Below, in pieces: positions 1 to 9,895 of a stretch of DNA of 38,691 nt. The stretch is taken from assembly GCA_049674205.1 (NCBI GenBank), contig JBATYS010000293.1, positions 1 through 38,691 on the forward strand, in the 5' to 3' direction. Both the position numbers and the translations under genes were made by a program. Positions within the stretch are counted from its first letter, which is position 1. Every line of letters begins with the position of its first letter. The notes below the pieces were generated by a model. That model was not told where the DNA came from and did not search any database. It saw only the letters and a list, made by a program, of their open reading frames with translations. The stretch is from Candidatus Aminicenantaceae bacterium. GTDB taxonomy: Bacteria; Acidobacteriota; Aminicenantia; Aminicenantales; Aminicenantaceae.

Positions 1-657
1 ACAAACATCCTCCTTGCTGGATTGAATTTTGTCATAGCCGGTTATGGATGGTGTGGCCGGGGAGTTGCCATGAGAGCCAGAGGAGCCGGATCAAAAGTCG
101 TTGTCTGTGAAGTGTATCCGTTGCGTGCGTTGGAGGCTGTGATGGATGGGTACCAGGTGATGTCCTTAAAGGATGCCGCAAGAGTCGGCGATGTGTTTGT
201 GACCGTGACAGGAGACAAAAACGTAATAACCAAAGAACATTTTGCAATAATGAAGGATGGGGCTATTGTCGCTAACTCAGGACATTTTAATGTGGAGATC
301 GATATCCCCTCTTTAGAAGAATTGAGTAAGAGTAAAAGAACAATCAGGGAGTTTGTGGAAGAATACACTCTCAAAAGCGGGAGAAAGATTTATCTTTTAG
401 GACAGGGACGCTTGATCAATCTGGCTGCGGCAGAAGGGCATCCTGCTGTGGTTATGGACATGAGTTTTGCAAATCAGGCGATGAGTGCTCTCTTCCTGTT
501 GAAACCGGGGAAAAAACTTGAGAAAAAAGTCTATCCTGTTCCCAGAGAGATCGATGATGATATTGCACGCATGAAGCTGAAATCTCTGGGAATCACCATA
601 GACACACTCACACCCGAACAACAAAAATATCTTGCGGGGTGGGAAGAAGGCACTTAA
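1..657 (+). CDS. ahcY: S-adenosyl-L-homocysteine hydrolase, C-terminal ~218 aa (5' end outside the window)
   Basis: Frame 1 is open from base 1, so the TTG at 22 is internal. GYGWCGRG dinucleotide-binding motif, [10 protein letters not shown], and the C-terminal tail [10 protein letters not shown] are typical of adenosylhomocysteinase. Confidence 0.9.
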   Translation, partial: TNILLAGLNFVIAGYGWCGRGVAMRARGAGSKVVVCEVYPLRALEAVMDGYQVMSLKDAARVGDVFVTVTGDKNVITKEHFAIMKDGAIVANSGHFNVEIDIPSLEELSKSKRTIREFVEEYTLKSGRKIYLLGQGRLINLAAAEGHPAVVMDMSFANQAMSALFLLKPGKKLEKKVYPVPREIDDDIARMKLKSLGITIDTLTPEQQKYLAGWEEGT

Positions 658-689
658 TTTTCCGGTTTCCTGTTTGTTGCTAGGAAGGA

Positions 690-1445
690 TCACTTGATGA
701 GTTTAAGATACTCATCGATCTTCTTTTTCATCTCTATGCCGGCACCGGAATAGATCTCGTCGAACATCTCTCTGGCAAGATTGTATTGCGTGTTTTTAAA
801 ATAAGCTACTGCGAGATTGAATTTTAAATTAAGATCTTCTTCAGAAAGCTTTAATCCGGCCTTATAGCTTTCGATAGCCTTATCAAAATCATTGAGCCTT
901 TCATACAGAACACCCTCAAGGTTATGAGCCATTACTAATCTGGGATTCGCTTCGATGGACTTTTGAACATAATAGAGCGCATCTTTGGACATGTCTTTCG
1001 TTAAATACAGTCGAGCTAGATTATAATAGGGGAGCTCTCTGGATTTATAGTTGGCATCGGATGCCGCTGTTCTAAATTCCTCTTCAGCTTTATCGAGCAT
1101 GCCGATTTCCTGGTAAGCGGTTCCCATATAATTATGTGCCTCGGTCAGAGCTGGATTGAGCTGCAGACTTTTCTGAAAAAAGTCGATTGCTGTTTTGAAC
1201 TCACCCTTCATCAAATTGGCGATCCCAATGCCGTTGTATGAAAGATAATACTTTGAATCAAGGGAGATGCATTTATTGAAAAATTTGATGGCTTCATCAG
1301 GATTTCCGTTGTTCAGATGGAAAAGAGCTAAGTTATATTGATAACGGGGATCTTGTTCTCTCTGTTTTTCGAATTTTTTCTCAGGCGAGGAACAAAACGC
1401 TAGAGATAAACACACCAAAAGAATTCCTGCTGTTCTTATTTTCAT
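690..1445 (-). CDS. Exported TPR-repeat protein (possible lipoprotein)
   Basis: Signal peptide MKIRTAGILLVCLSLAFC-SS. The body is made of degenerate 34-aa TPR units (AIKFFNKCISLDSKYYLSYNGIGIA, AIDFFQKSLQLNPALTEAHNYMGTAY, and others). GAGGTG Shine-Dalgarno (SD) upstream of the ATG. Confidence 0.7.
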   Translation of the reverse strand: MKIRTAGILLVCLSLAFCSSPEKKFEKQREQDPRYQYNLALFHLNNGNPDEAIKFFNKCISLDSKYYLSYNGIGIANLMKGEFKTAIDFFQKSLQLNPALTEAHNYMGTAYQEIGMLDKAEEEFRTAASDANYKSRELPYYNLARLYLTKDMSKDALYYVQKSIEANPRLVMAHNLEGVLYERLNDFDKAIESYKAGLKLSEEDLNLKFNLAVAYFKNTQYNLAREMFDEIYSGAGIEMKKKIDEYLKLIK

Positions 1446-1467
1446 CGTTTCACCTCTCTAAAACTTA

Positions 1468-1751
1468 CTGGATTATTTACGAGTTGAGTCCAACCCACCC
1501 CACCCTAACATTAAGGTTAAGGCAGCGGCCCATGAAGCTGTGGGTGTCCACTGCGAACCGTCCCAACCTAACCCGGGCTGCAACGAAGCAGATGCGGTGA
1601 AATCGACTCGCCCAGAGGGTAAAAGATTTCGATATAAAAATATAAACTATTCTTTCTAGATATCCAATATTCGATCTCTTGAACATGAACATTATAACTA
1701 ACTCATATCACCGAAAAAGTTATATATCGAAATATTTTATAAATAATCCAG
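1468..1751 (+). mobile_element. MITE-like element, copy A (subfamily 1, 284 bp)
   Basis: TIRs ctggattattta / taaataatccag. TTA on both flanks (1465-1467, 1752-1754). Shares the core ggcagcggcccatgaag...gggctgcaacgaag...cgcccagagggtaaaagat with copies B, C and D. No ORF is conserved between copies. Confidence 0.75.
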
Positions 1752-2747
1752 TTATTCGTCTTTTAGTTTTCTTGCCATCAAGTCCTGCAACGCTGTCCGT
1801 GGATCCTTATTCTTGTAGAGGACAAGATAAGCCTGTTCATGGATGGGCATCTCGACATTTTCCCTTGACGCCAATTGGTGGCTTGAGAGTGTTGTGGTTA
1901 TACCCTCTGCAACCATTTTCATGTGAGATACGACCTCTTCCATCCGCTTTCCCTGACCTATCTCATAACCCACATAATGGTTTCGGCTGAGTTGTCCTGT
2001 ACAGGTAAGGACAAGGTCTCCCACGCCAGTCAAACCAGCAAATGTTTCTCTTTTTGCCCCGAGTGTTATCCCCAATCTGGTTATTTCTGCTAACCCTCTT
2101 GTGATCAAGGCGGCACGAGAATTATCTCCGAACTGAAGCCCATCGGATATTCCTGCAGCTATGGCTACAACATTTTTAAGCGCACCTGCGATCTCAACAC
2201 CTAGTACATCCTCAGAAGTATAGGCACGCAGATTAGACCCTGACACAAATTGTTGGACCTCCTTTGCCACAACATTGTCTTCAGATGCAACGACGACAGC
2301 GGTGGGATGAGCAACAGCGACCTCTTTTGCAAAACTAGGGCCTGAAAGCACAGCGAGATGAGGCACAAAATGGGGTGAAAAGATCTCTGCCATCACCTCA
2401 CTCATCCTTTTGAGTGTTCCATCTTCAATCCCTTTAGTCAAGCTGACAATGATGTGTTGTGATGAGAGGTGGGGTTGGATTTTTGTGTATATGTAACGAC
2501 AGAATTTGGAAGGGACGGCGACAAAGACGATCTCAGTCGATTGGACACACTCTCCCATCTCTTGAAAAAAGGATACGGAAGACGGAAATATTGCTCCAGG
2601 AAGGAATGTTTTGTTTTCTCTGAACTGGATGGTATCTTCATAGATATCCTTTTCTCTGATCCAGAGATGTGTGTCTATGTTCTTTCGGCCAAGATGCAAG
2701 GCAACGGCACTTCCCCAGGATCCACCTCCGATGACGCATGCCTTCAT
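1752..2747 (-). CDS. gpsA: NAD(P)H-dependent glycerol-3-phosphate dehydrogenase
   Basis: N-terminal Rossmann MKACVIGGGSWGSAVA, plus GPSFAKEV and NVVAIAAGISDGL motifs. ATGA overlap with the plsY stop. Confidence 0.9.
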   Translation of the reverse strand: MKACVIGGGSWGSAVALHLGRKNIDTHLWIREKDIYEDTIQFRENKTFLPGAIFPSSVSFFQEMGECVQSTEIVFVAVPSKFCRYIYTKIQPHLSSQHIIVSLTKGIEDGTLKRMSEVMAEIFSPHFVPHLAVLSGPSFAKEVAVAHPTAVVVASEDNVVAKEVQQFVSGSNLRAYTSEDVLGVEIAGALKNVVAIAAGISDGLQFGDNSRAALITRGLAEITRLGITLGAKRETFAGLTGVGDLVLTCTGQLSRNHYVGYEIGQGKRMEEVVSHMKMVAEGITTTLSSHQLASRENVEMPIHEQAYLVLYKNKDPRTALQDLMARKLKDE

Positions 2748-3334
2748 TTGCCTTTTTCTCTAAATTTTCTTTCGTTTCCGGCGATCAACCTCTTGATATT
2801 ACCCATATGTCTAAAAATTATCAAACAAAAGATGGCAATGCTCAAGGCGATAACGTAAGGGTCTCCTATTAGGTATAGGACGAAAATGGGAAAAAAAAAC
2901 ATTGCCAGCAGAGATCCTAGAGAAACATACCGTGTGAGTAAGACAGCAGCCAGAAAAATCCCGACAGAACACAGGAGCGGGACAGGAGCCAAAGCTGCAT
3001 AAACTCCTACAGTAGTAGCAACTCCTTTCCCGCCCTTGAATTTGATAAATATCGGAAAACAATGCCCCAGCACAGCCAGAAATCCGCACAGAAGAGCCAA
3101 TCTTTTATCCGGAAATAGCTTGAGAGCGAAATAAACGACAAGAAATCCTTTGAGAATATCAAACAGCCCAACAGGAAGGGCGTACTTCCACCCTTTAAGC
3201 CGGAGAACATTAGTAGCGCCTGTCGCCTGACTGCCAAATCTGCGGATATCCTTTTTTTCGCTGAGCTTGTACATTATGTAGCCGGTTGGGATGGACCCGA
3301 CAAGATAGGAGAGCGTAGCATAGATAATTGTCAT
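2744..3334 (-). CDS. plsY: Glycerol-3-phosphate acyltransferase PlsY
   Basis: 196-aa polytopic membrane protein with GSIPTGY, GSQATGATNVLR and FKGGKGVAT signatures. Confidence 0.9.
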   Translation of the reverse strand: MTIIYATLSYLVGSIPTGYIMYKLSEKKDIRRFGSQATGATNVLRLKGWKYALPVGLFDILKGFLVVYFALKLFPDKRLALLCGFLAVLGHCFPIFIKFKGGKGVATTVGVYAALAPVPLLCSVGIFLAAVLLTRYVSLGSLLAMFFFPIFVLYLIGDPYVIALSIAIFCLIIFRHMGNIKRLIAGNERKFREKGK

Positions 3335-3888
3335 TTGAGTTGAACTTTTGCGAGGGCGCTGTATTCTGCGCCTGTGGGATTAAGTGTGCTCTTAAAAAAA
3401 GTGATCTCCTCCACTTCCATGCTTCCAAATTCTGTGTCTCTGTTTTCAGACAACTCTTCCAGGACTGGCGCGATATTGTGACTCGATCTGACCCTTCCCA
3501 AAGTCAGGTGGGGATGGAACCTTCGCTTTTCTCGGGAAATAGATAATTTTTCCAGCATGGATTCAACCTCATTCTGCACTGACATCAGTTTCTGGCTTTC
3601 CTCGATCCCCACCCAAAGAATTCTTGGGTGTCTGCTCCTTGGAGGGAATGTGCCCGTGCCCAACAGTTTCATCGGAAAGCGCTCATGCCTTAAAGAAAGG
3701 TCCATCAATACCGATCGAATTTCACGGGCTTTGTCATCCGTGATTTCTCCGACAAACTTTAGCGTCAGGTGCATGCCCTGGTTTTTCACCCATCTGGCAT
3801 TGGGATTGTGACTTTCGAGTTTTTGTATGAATTGAGAAATGTTTTTTTTGATTTCAGGTTTGAGATCTATGGCCACAAAAGTTCTCAT
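3331..3888 (-). CDS. thpR: RNA 2',3'-cyclic phosphodiesterase (2H / LigT family)
   Basis: Two H-x-T-x motifs (HLTLKF and HLTLGR) at the spacing expected for 2H phosphoesterases. 185 aa. Confidence 0.85.
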   Translation of the reverse strand: MRTFVAIDLKPEIKKNISQFIQKLESHNPNARWVKNQGMHLTLKFVGEITDDKAREIRSVLMDLSLRHERFPMKLLGTGTFPPRSRHPRILWVGIEESQKLMSVQNEVESMLEKLSISREKRRFHPHLTLGRVRSSHNIAPVLEELSENRDTEFGSMEVEEITFFKSTLNPTGAEYSALAKVQLK

Positions 3889-3907
3889 GTCAAGTTATTT
3901 GATTACT

Positions 3908-5176
3908 TTATCTCTTCTTTTGGTATTTTAGAAGATGACGTCGAAGCATATCAAGAGCTTTCTGAGAGGATTGGGTCTTGATGATTTCTCTGTTCCCCAA
4001 AAAAATATTCTTCGCAACTTCTACATCGCCTTCCCAGGATAGCCCAACGTAGACAAGGCCAACAGGTTTCTCTGGTGACCCTCCATTAGGTCCTGCAATT
4101 CCTGTAATAGAGAGGGCAATATCTGACCCTGATATTTTCCTGATTCCGATGGCCATAGCCTTAGCAACTTCATGACTGACAGCACCGTGCTGGAGAATGA
4201 GATCATACGGAATATTCAATAGTTGTACCTTGGAATCATTCGAATATGTCAGAACTCCCTGTTGAAAATAGTCCGAACTGCCTGAAACATTCGTGATGCG
4301 ATGACCCAGTAAGCCACCCGTACATGATTCCGCTATGCTTAGAGTTTTTTGAGCTTGACGCAATAATGACCCTACTACTTCCTCAAGTTCTTCACCGGAT
4401 GAGGAAAAAATATTATCTCCCAGGCGTTTTTGGAGATCGTATTCGAGATCATCGAGAGCTTCATCCGCTTTTTTATGGCTTTCCATTGAGCGAGAAAAAA
4501 GGTGAAGCTCAATTTGTCCTGGATAGGCGAGAGTCGTCAGGTTGACTGATGGTTGCAGAGGATAGACATCTAAGAGAATGGAATCGATCTTGGATTCTGT
4601 AAGTCCTGAAGTCTTTAACACCCGTCTTGCCACAAACTGTTTCTGGAACTCCAGGAATCGTGGCCATACATAATTTTCAAACATGGGCTTGATTTCATGG
4701 GGAGGGCCTGGGAGGAGTATGAGGAGTTTATCGCCTGCTTCTAGCCAAAGTCCCGGGGCCGTTCCATGCTTGTTTTCGAGAATAGAGGAATCTTCGATGA
4801 TATATGCCTGTTTGTTATTCACAGAAGGCATCTCAAAGCCTCTAAGTTCAAAGCGCTGTCTTATTTTGTTTAGGATCTTTTCCTCAAAGATAAGCTTTTT
4901 TCCGAGAGTGGATGCAACAACCTCACGGGTCCGGTCATCTTCAGTTGGACCGAGTCCACCGATGAGAAATATTATGTCCGAACGGACGAGGCTGCTGCTA
5001 ATACAATCAGCTAGATCATCCCGGCTATCTCCAACAATGGACTTGAAATTGATCTCCATTCCCAAGTCATTCAAGCGTTGGGTGATGTAAAGAGAATCGG
5101 TATCTTGATAGTGGGGAGTGAGGAGTTCATTGCCGACTGCGATGATTTCTATTCTGCTGTTTTCCCCGAGTTTCAT
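3908..5176 (-). CDS. cinA: CinA-family protein (MoCF-like domain + nicotinamide-nucleotide amidohydrolase PncC domain)
   Basis: N-terminal IIAVGNELL...GGLGPTEDD and C-terminal AESCTGGLLG...GIAGPNGG motifs. 422 aa. Confidence 0.85.
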   Translation of the reverse strand: MKLGENSRIEIIAVGNELLTPHYQDTDSLYITQRLNDLGMEINFKSIVGDSRDDLADCISSSLVRSDIIFLIGGLGPTEDDRTREVVASTLGKKLIFEEKILNKIRQRFELRGFEMPSVNNKQAYIIEDSSILENKHGTAPGLWLEAGDKLLILLPGPPHEIKPMFENYVWPRFLEFQKQFVARRVLKTSGLTESKIDSILLDVYPLQPSVNLTTLAYPGQIELHLFSRSMESHKKADEALDDLEYDLQKRLGDNIFSSSGEELEEVVGSLLRQAQKTLSIAESCTGGLLGHRITNVSGSSDYFQQGVLTYSNDSKVQLLNIPYDLILQHGAVSHEVAKAMAIGIRKISGSDIALSITGIAGPNGGSPEKPVGLVYVGLSWEGDVEVAKNIFLGNREIIKTQSSQKALDMLRRHLLKYQKKR

Positions 5177-5622
5177 GTTAGAAGTAAGTAGAGATTAATA
5201 ATAATGCCTGAACATACACCGGCTACGACGTCGTCCATCATAATTCCCCATCCTCTGGGAAAATTTTCAGATTTCTTAATTAAATACGGCTTTAAGATAT
5301 CCAGCATCCGGAAAAGCAGAAAGCTGGCAATAAGGAGAGGCCATGCGGGAGGCATGCGGAATAACACGATAAGTTGTCCCAACACTTCATCTATAACTAC
5401 ACTCCGAGGATCCTGCTTTTTTATGGTTTCTGCATGAACAGAGGAAGCGAGCGCTCCAAAGATAAATATTAAAACAAGAACTCCCAAATATACTGGCCAA
5501 TTCCATGTGTAGAGATAATACTTGTAGAGAAGAATCATCAAAAAACTTGCGATTGTACCCGGTGCTAAGGGTAGGTAGCCGACACCAAAAAAAGTGGCAA
5601 TTATTTTCGAAAGAATTTTCAT
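5173..5622 (-). CDS. pgpA: Phosphatidylglycerophosphatase A
   Basis: 149-aa membrane protein with GTIAS, DEVLGQ and MMDDVVAG motifs. ATGA overlaps on both sides. Confidence 0.8.
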   Translation of the reverse strand: MKILSKIIATFFGVGYLPLAPGTIASFLMILLYKYYLYTWNWPVYLGVLVLIFIFGALASSVHAETIKKQDPRSVVIDEVLGQLIVLFRMPPAWPLLIASFLLFRMLDILKPYLIKKSENFPRGWGIMMDDVVAGVCSGIIINLYLLLT

Positions 5623-6938
5623 TGGATAGGTTTTCCAATTAAATCATATACATCCCTGTCAATGATTTCAACTTTTTGGATGGAATTCACTAAATCAGGC
5701 ATGTTTTTGTCCACGTTTATCAAGACGACGCCATCGACTTCAGGTGCTTGAAACCGGCCTCGGGAGAGAAGGAGGTTTGTATTGTCCTTTAGATGCCCTT
5801 CAACGAGCACATCAAATGATTGACCCAAGTATTTTAAATTTTTTTTAAAAGATATCTCAGCCTGGATCTGGAAAATTTCTTCCAGTCTGTCTTGCTTGAC
5901 ATTGTCCTGGATGGGATCGCCGAGTGAAAAACAATCGGTTCCTTCTTCTGGGGAATAGGCAAAAACTCCCAAATGATCTAACTGAGCAGATGAGACAAAG
6001 TTTTTAAGATGGGAAAATTCTTCTGGTCCCTCTCCAGGAAAACCTACGATTAGGGAAGTTCGTAAGCTGATATCTGGAAGCTTTTTTCTAATTTTATCAA
6101 TCAACTTTAGTGATCTATGTCCATCAAATCCTCTTTTCATAGCCTTTATGATTTTCACATTGGCATGCTGAAAGGGAATATCAAGATAAGAACAGATTTT
6201 TTCTTCTTGCATAATATCAAGAAGGGGTTCGGATATTTCTTCAGGATAGCCGTACAGAATTCGAATCCACTCGAGTCTCTCAATATCGATGAGTTCTTCC
6301 AGAAGTTCAGCGAGTCCGTTTGAAAGCCCTGCATCTCGACCATAGTAAGTTGAGTCTTGTGAGATCAGGTTGATTTCCTTAACCCCGCGAGAGACAAGGA
6401 TCAAACATTCCTTTTTTATAGAAGAGATACTGCGTGACCGATAGGGGCCTTTGATCAGAGGGATCGCACAGAATGAACAATTATGGGCGCATCCTTCAGA
6501 AATTTTAACATAAGCCCAAGCTGTTGGAGTGGAAACAAACCGCGGTGATTTATGATCATACAAATAGCATTGGGCCGCACTTTTGTAAGGGAGTCCCTCC
6601 ACTGCTGAAACGATCTTATCGAAATCCCTAGTCCCCATCCAAGCGTCTACGTCTGGGAAGGTCTTTTGGAGCTCATGCTGGTTTCGTTCCACATAGCACC
6701 CGGCAGCTATTACCCTTATATTCTTTCCCTTTTTTTTAGTTTTTACGGCATTCGCCAACGTTTCGTTGGCCTCATCCTTAGCTGGTTTGATGAATCCACA
6801 TGTGTTGACGATTAAAACATCTGCCTTTTGAGTGTCTGTGACGAACGAGTAGCCGCTCTTTTTGAGAAAACCGAGCATCACTTCGCTGTCGATTAGATTC
6901 TTGGCGCAACCCAAGCTGATCAAAGCGACTTTTTTCAT
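5619..6938 (-). CDS. rimO: Ribosomal protein S12 methylthiotransferase RimO
   Basis: Start moved to ATG 6938 (MKKVALISLGCAKNLIDSE, the RimO-type N-terminus). Radical-SAM CAHNCSFC and a C-terminal TRAM-like domain. The 27-codon upstream extension of the ORF has no homology-like character. Confidence 0.85.
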   Translation of the reverse strand: MKKVALISLGCAKNLIDSEVMLGFLKKSGYSFVTDTQKADVLIVNTCGFIKPAKDEANETLANAVKTKKKGKNIRVIAAGCYVERNQHELQKTFPDVDAWMGTRDFDKIVSAVEGLPYKSAAQCYLYDHKSPRFVSTPTAWAYVKISEGCAHNCSFCAIPLIKGPYRSRSISSIKKECLILVSRGVKEINLISQDSTYYGRDAGLSNGLAELLEELIDIERLEWIRILYGYPEEISEPLLDIMQEEKICSYLDIPFQHANVKIIKAMKRGFDGHRSLKLIDKIRKKLPDISLRTSLIVGFPGEGPEEFSHLKNFVSSAQLDHLGVFAYSPEEGTDCFSLGDPIQDNVKQDRLEEIFQIQAEISFKKNLKYLGQSFDVLVEGHLKDNTNLLLSRGRFQAPEVDGVVLINVDKNMPDLVNSIQKVEIIDRDVYDLIGKPIQ

Positions 6939-7054
6939 GTCCCCCCTATGGTAATAAGTTCGAAATGAATAGTAAATAATATCTTTAAAATTATAAACGC
7001 AAAAAGAAAAATGTCTCAATTTGTAACGCTTGATTTTTCCCTCTAATAACAGAA

Positions 7055-8347
7055 TTAGGGATAGATTTTGTAGAGAAGTCGTGGAAATGGAATGGTTTCT
7101 CTGATGTGCTTGATCTTACAGATCCAGGAAAGAGTCCGTTCAATGCCCAAACCGAACCCAGAGTGAGGGACCGAACCATATTTTCTCAGGTCTAGATACC
7201 ATTCATACGCGTCCCGGGGCAAGTTAAACTCCTTTATGCGCTGCTCCAAGAGCTCAAGATCGTGGATTCTCTGGCCACCACCAACGAGTTCTCCATATCC
7301 TTCGGATGCCAGGATGTCCACGCCCAATACTAGGTCAGGCCGCTCTTTATCAGGCTGCATGTAAAAGGCCTTTATTGCCTTAGGAAAGTGTGTGATGCTA
7401 ACCGGAGTATCAAAGATCTCAGAGATGAGCGTTTCCTCAGGAGCTCCTGGATCATCCCCATACTCCATCTCCGATCCTTTTTCCTTAAGGAGTTTATACG
7501 CTTCATCGTAGGTGATTCGTGGAAATGGTGTTTTTACTTTTTCGAGAGGCTTTGTGTCTCTTTCAAGGACATTGAGTTCATCCTTTCTCTTTTCCAGGAT
7601 CCGTTCGATAATGTAAACTATGAGGTCCTCTGCCAGTTTTATAGTGTCATCTAGGAGCGCGAAGGCAACCTCGGGCTCGACCATCCAGAATTCGATCAAG
7701 TGCTTTCGTGTCTTTGATTTTTCTGCTCTGAACGTCGGTCCAAAACAATACACTTTCCCAAATGCCATGGCCGTGGCTTCATTGTAAAGCTGTCCGCTTT
7801 GGCTTAAATACGCTTTCTGGTCAAAATATTCTGTCTCGAAAAGCGTAGTTGTTCCTTCACAGGCACTGGGAGTCAGGATGGGTGTGTCCATAAGGCGAAA
7901 ACCTCTTCCATCGAAAAAGTCGCGAATGGCTTTGATAAGCTCTGCCCTGATCTGTAAAACAGCATTTTGTTTTTGAGATCGAAGCCAGAGATGCCGATGT
8001 TCCATAAGAAAGGGGATACCGTGTTCTTTCGGAGTTATGGGGTATTCTTCTGCGATCTGAACGATTTCCAGGTCTTTGACGCTGAGTTCAAATCCTCCGG
8101 CTGCTCTCTTTTCTTCCCTAACAGTACCGCGTAGAATGATCGAAGACTCTTGAGTGAGCTCATCAAACTTGACAAAGAGAGGATGATCTTTGTCTGCACT
8201 GTACATTGTAGATTGGATCAATCCTGTTCCATCTCTCACTAGGATGAAGCGAACCTTTCCACTGGAGCGTTTGTTGTAAACCCATCCCCGTATCTCGACA
8301 TCCTGGTCCTTATAACGAGCGATATCTTCGATGTATACCCACTTCAT
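7055..8347 (-). CDS. asnS: Asparagine--tRNA ligase
   Basis: Start moved to ATG 8347 ([31 protein letters not shown]). Class II motifs [21 protein letters not shown] and GFGLGIERT. Collinear with Thermus-type AsnRS as I remember it. Confidence 0.85.
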   Translation of the reverse strand: MKWVYIEDIARYKDQDVEIRGWVYNKRSSGKVRFILVRDGTGLIQSTMYSADKDHPLFVKFDELTQESSIILRGTVREEKRAAGGFELSVKDLEIVQIAEEYPITPKEHGIPFLMEHRHLWLRSQKQNAVLQIRAELIKAIRDFFDGRGFRLMDTPILTPSACEGTTTLFETEYFDQKAYLSQSGQLYNEATAMAFGKVYCFGPTFRAEKSKTRKHLIEFWMVEPEVAFALLDDTIKLAEDLIVYIIERILEKRKDELNVLERDTKPLEKVKTPFPRITYDEAYKLLKEKGSEMEYGDDPGAPEETLISEIFDTPVSITHFPKAIKAFYMQPDKERPDLVLGVDILASEGYGELVGGGQRIHDLELLEQRIKEFNLPRDAYEWYLDLRKYGSVPHSGFGLGIERTLSWICKIKHIRETIPFPRLLYKIYP

Positions 8348-8592
8348 GATGTCAAAATTATAAGGGTTCTCTCTGCTCAGGTCAATTAAAAAGGATTGTA
8401 TAAACACCACGTTTTTTGGCTATAATTATAGAAGCAATCTTTGCTGAATCAAGGTCTATGAAATGGAGACATTTAAAAATTAAGGAAACAAAGGCCTGCC
8501 CTTAAAAAAGAGAGGTCGATTCATCGTTGATTTGATATAGGGAATGGTGTATTAAGGTGAGTCACTCTACTTGAGTGAGGAGACGCATTCCG

Positions 8593-9273
8593 ATGGGTTC
8601 AAATAAAAAAGACATTCTAGAGAGAATTGCCGTCTGTGTAGAAAAAGGCAAAGTTAACCTCCAATCACTCCATCCCCCAGATATGAAAGACCAAGAGGGT
8701 GCGGATGAATTGGTACGGCTTGCTTTGAAAGAGGATATCCCACCCGCCGAGATTTTGGGGAAGGGCTTGGTTGCTGGGATGGGACAAGTTGGCGAAAAAT
8801 TCCAGAGGAACGAGATATATCTCCCCGATGTTCTGATAGAAGCAAGAGCGATGACCGCTGGGATGGAGCATCTCAGGCCCTATTTTTTATCAGGGGACAT
8901 ACAGTACCGGGGGAGAATCGTCATGGGAACGGTGGCCGGAGATTTGCACGATATCGGGAAAAAGATTGTGGCGATGATCTTTGAGGGGGGTGGATGGGAA
9001 GTCATTGATTGTGGAGTTGATGTTTCAGCAGAAAGCTTCATCGAGGCCATAGATCGCAATTCTCCTCATGCCGTTGGATTGAGCGCTCTTCTCACTACGA
9101 CAATGGTCAGCATGGAACAGATCACAAATGAAATCAAGTCCGCACATCCCGGAGTTTTGGTTGTTATCGGAGGAGCTCCGGTCACGGTCGAGTTCGCCAA
9201 AAGGATAGGCGCGGACATGTATTCTTCTGACCCTCAAGACGCTCTAGAATTGTTAAATGCATCCCGCACATAA
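8593..9273 (+). CDS. Corrinoid (cobalamin-binding) protein, MtbC/MtmC-like
   Basis: B12-binding D-x-H-x-x-G motif (GDLHDIGKKIV), an N-terminal helical cap domain, and GLSALLTTTM. ATG 8593 is preferred over GTG 8575 because GGAG lies about 10 nt upstream. Confidence 0.75.
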   Translation: MGSNKKDILERIAVCVEKGKVNLQSLHPPDMKDQEGADELVRLALKEDIPPAEILGKGLVAGMGQVGEKFQRNEIYLPDVLIEARAMTAGMEHLRPYFLSGDIQYRGRIVMGTVAGDLHDIGKKIVAMIFEGGGWEVIDCGVDVSAESFIEAIDRNSPHAVGLSALLTTTMVSMEQITNEIKSAHPGVLVVIGGAPVTVEFAKRIGADMYSSDPQDALELLNASRT

Positions 9274-9342
9274 TCTTTTGCATTTGACTTTGCACCCTTC
9301 TTCAGTGTTTATAAAGATTGTAGCCAAAATTATTCATAGAAA

Positions 9343-9885
9343 ATGGCAGAAGCGATACCATTTACACTCGTAAAACTTATTTGCGGGATCATTGCAGTCG
9401 GAGGTGACATCTTTGCCAGGTCCACGGCATATCTCACAGATAGTTTCGGGCCCATCGACCATACAAGCACGCTCATGGATTTTAAATTCACTGATTATTA
9501 TGAGAAGCAGATGGGGGAGGGGCTAAGAAGGAAGTTTGTCAGCTTTGCTGAAATTGTTCCCCCTGAAAAGTTAAGTGAAGCAAAGATCCAAACGAATGTG
9601 CTGGAGGAGGAAATAAAAAAGGAGTTTGGATCGGTAAAGCGTATCGTGAATCTCGATCCAGGATACATGACAGCTTCTGCTCTAATCATGGCAACTGCCA
9701 AAGATTTTTCCCATAGGATCCCTCTGAAAAAGGGGATCTATGCACATCTGGAGCTTCTTTTTGGAAAGAATGAAGTGAAGACATTGAACTGGACCTACCC
9801 AGATTACCGGACAGAAGAATATCAACGATTTTTCCTCGAAGTTCGCAAAATCTACTTGAAGCAACTTAGAAGTTTGAATGCGTAG
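9343..9885 (+). CDS. Conserved hypothetical protein (resembles the DUF4416 family)
   Basis: 180 aa. FTDYYEKQMG and RIVNLDPGY motifs as I recall them for DUF4416. No catalytic motif recognised. Confidence 0.5.
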   Translation: MAEAIPFTLVKLICGIIAVGGDIFARSTAYLTDSFGPIDHTSTLMDFKFTDYYEKQMGEGLRRKFVSFAEIVPPEKLSEAKIQTNVLEEEIKKEFGSVKRIVNLDPGYMTASALIMATAKDFSHRIPLKKGIYAHLELLFGKNEVKTLNWTYPDYRTEEYQRFFLEVRKIYLKQLRSLNA

Positions 9886-9895
9886 TTTGATGTAA

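Noticed and set aside
1477-1692. 71-aa ORF inside element copy A, and likewise the 74-aa ORF at 26329-26553 inside copy D
   Set aside because: The reading frames are not conserved between copies (frame and stops differ in B and C). They have no start context and cross the structured, G/C-tract core. They are spurious ORFs within a non-coding repeat.
6939-7019. N-terminal extensions of track ORFs (rimO 6939-7019, asnS 8348-8410, serA 12234-12269, 16483-16521, 28538-28588, 32908-32934)
   Set aside because: In each case an internal ATG has a proper SD and/or forms an ATGA/TGATG overlap. It also coincides with the conserved family N-terminus or the start of a signal peptide. The extensions look like non-coding sequence.
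8411-8592. Cobalamin riboswitch upstream of the corrinoid-protein gene
   Set aside because: No B12-box-like element (GCCACTG-type) or matching multi-stem architecture is visible. There is only a small hairpin, tcactc-tactt-gagtga (8562-8578), overlapping the GTG/SD region. That is insufficient for a riboswitch call.
9328-9338. 11-mer aattattcata, identical to the element TIR, just upstream of the DUF4416-like gene (possible solo TIR)
   Set aside because: Only 11-14 nt match and nothing element-like lies on either side. It is too short to separate from chance in AT-rich intergenic DNA, though a relic cannot be excluded.
8593-9885. Orphan corrinoid protein plus DUF4416-like gene, considered as a novel methyltransfer system
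   Set aside because: No cognate methyltransferase (MtxB/MtxA-type), reductive activase or radical-SAM partner is adjacent. Adjacency of these two genes alone supports no functional inference.
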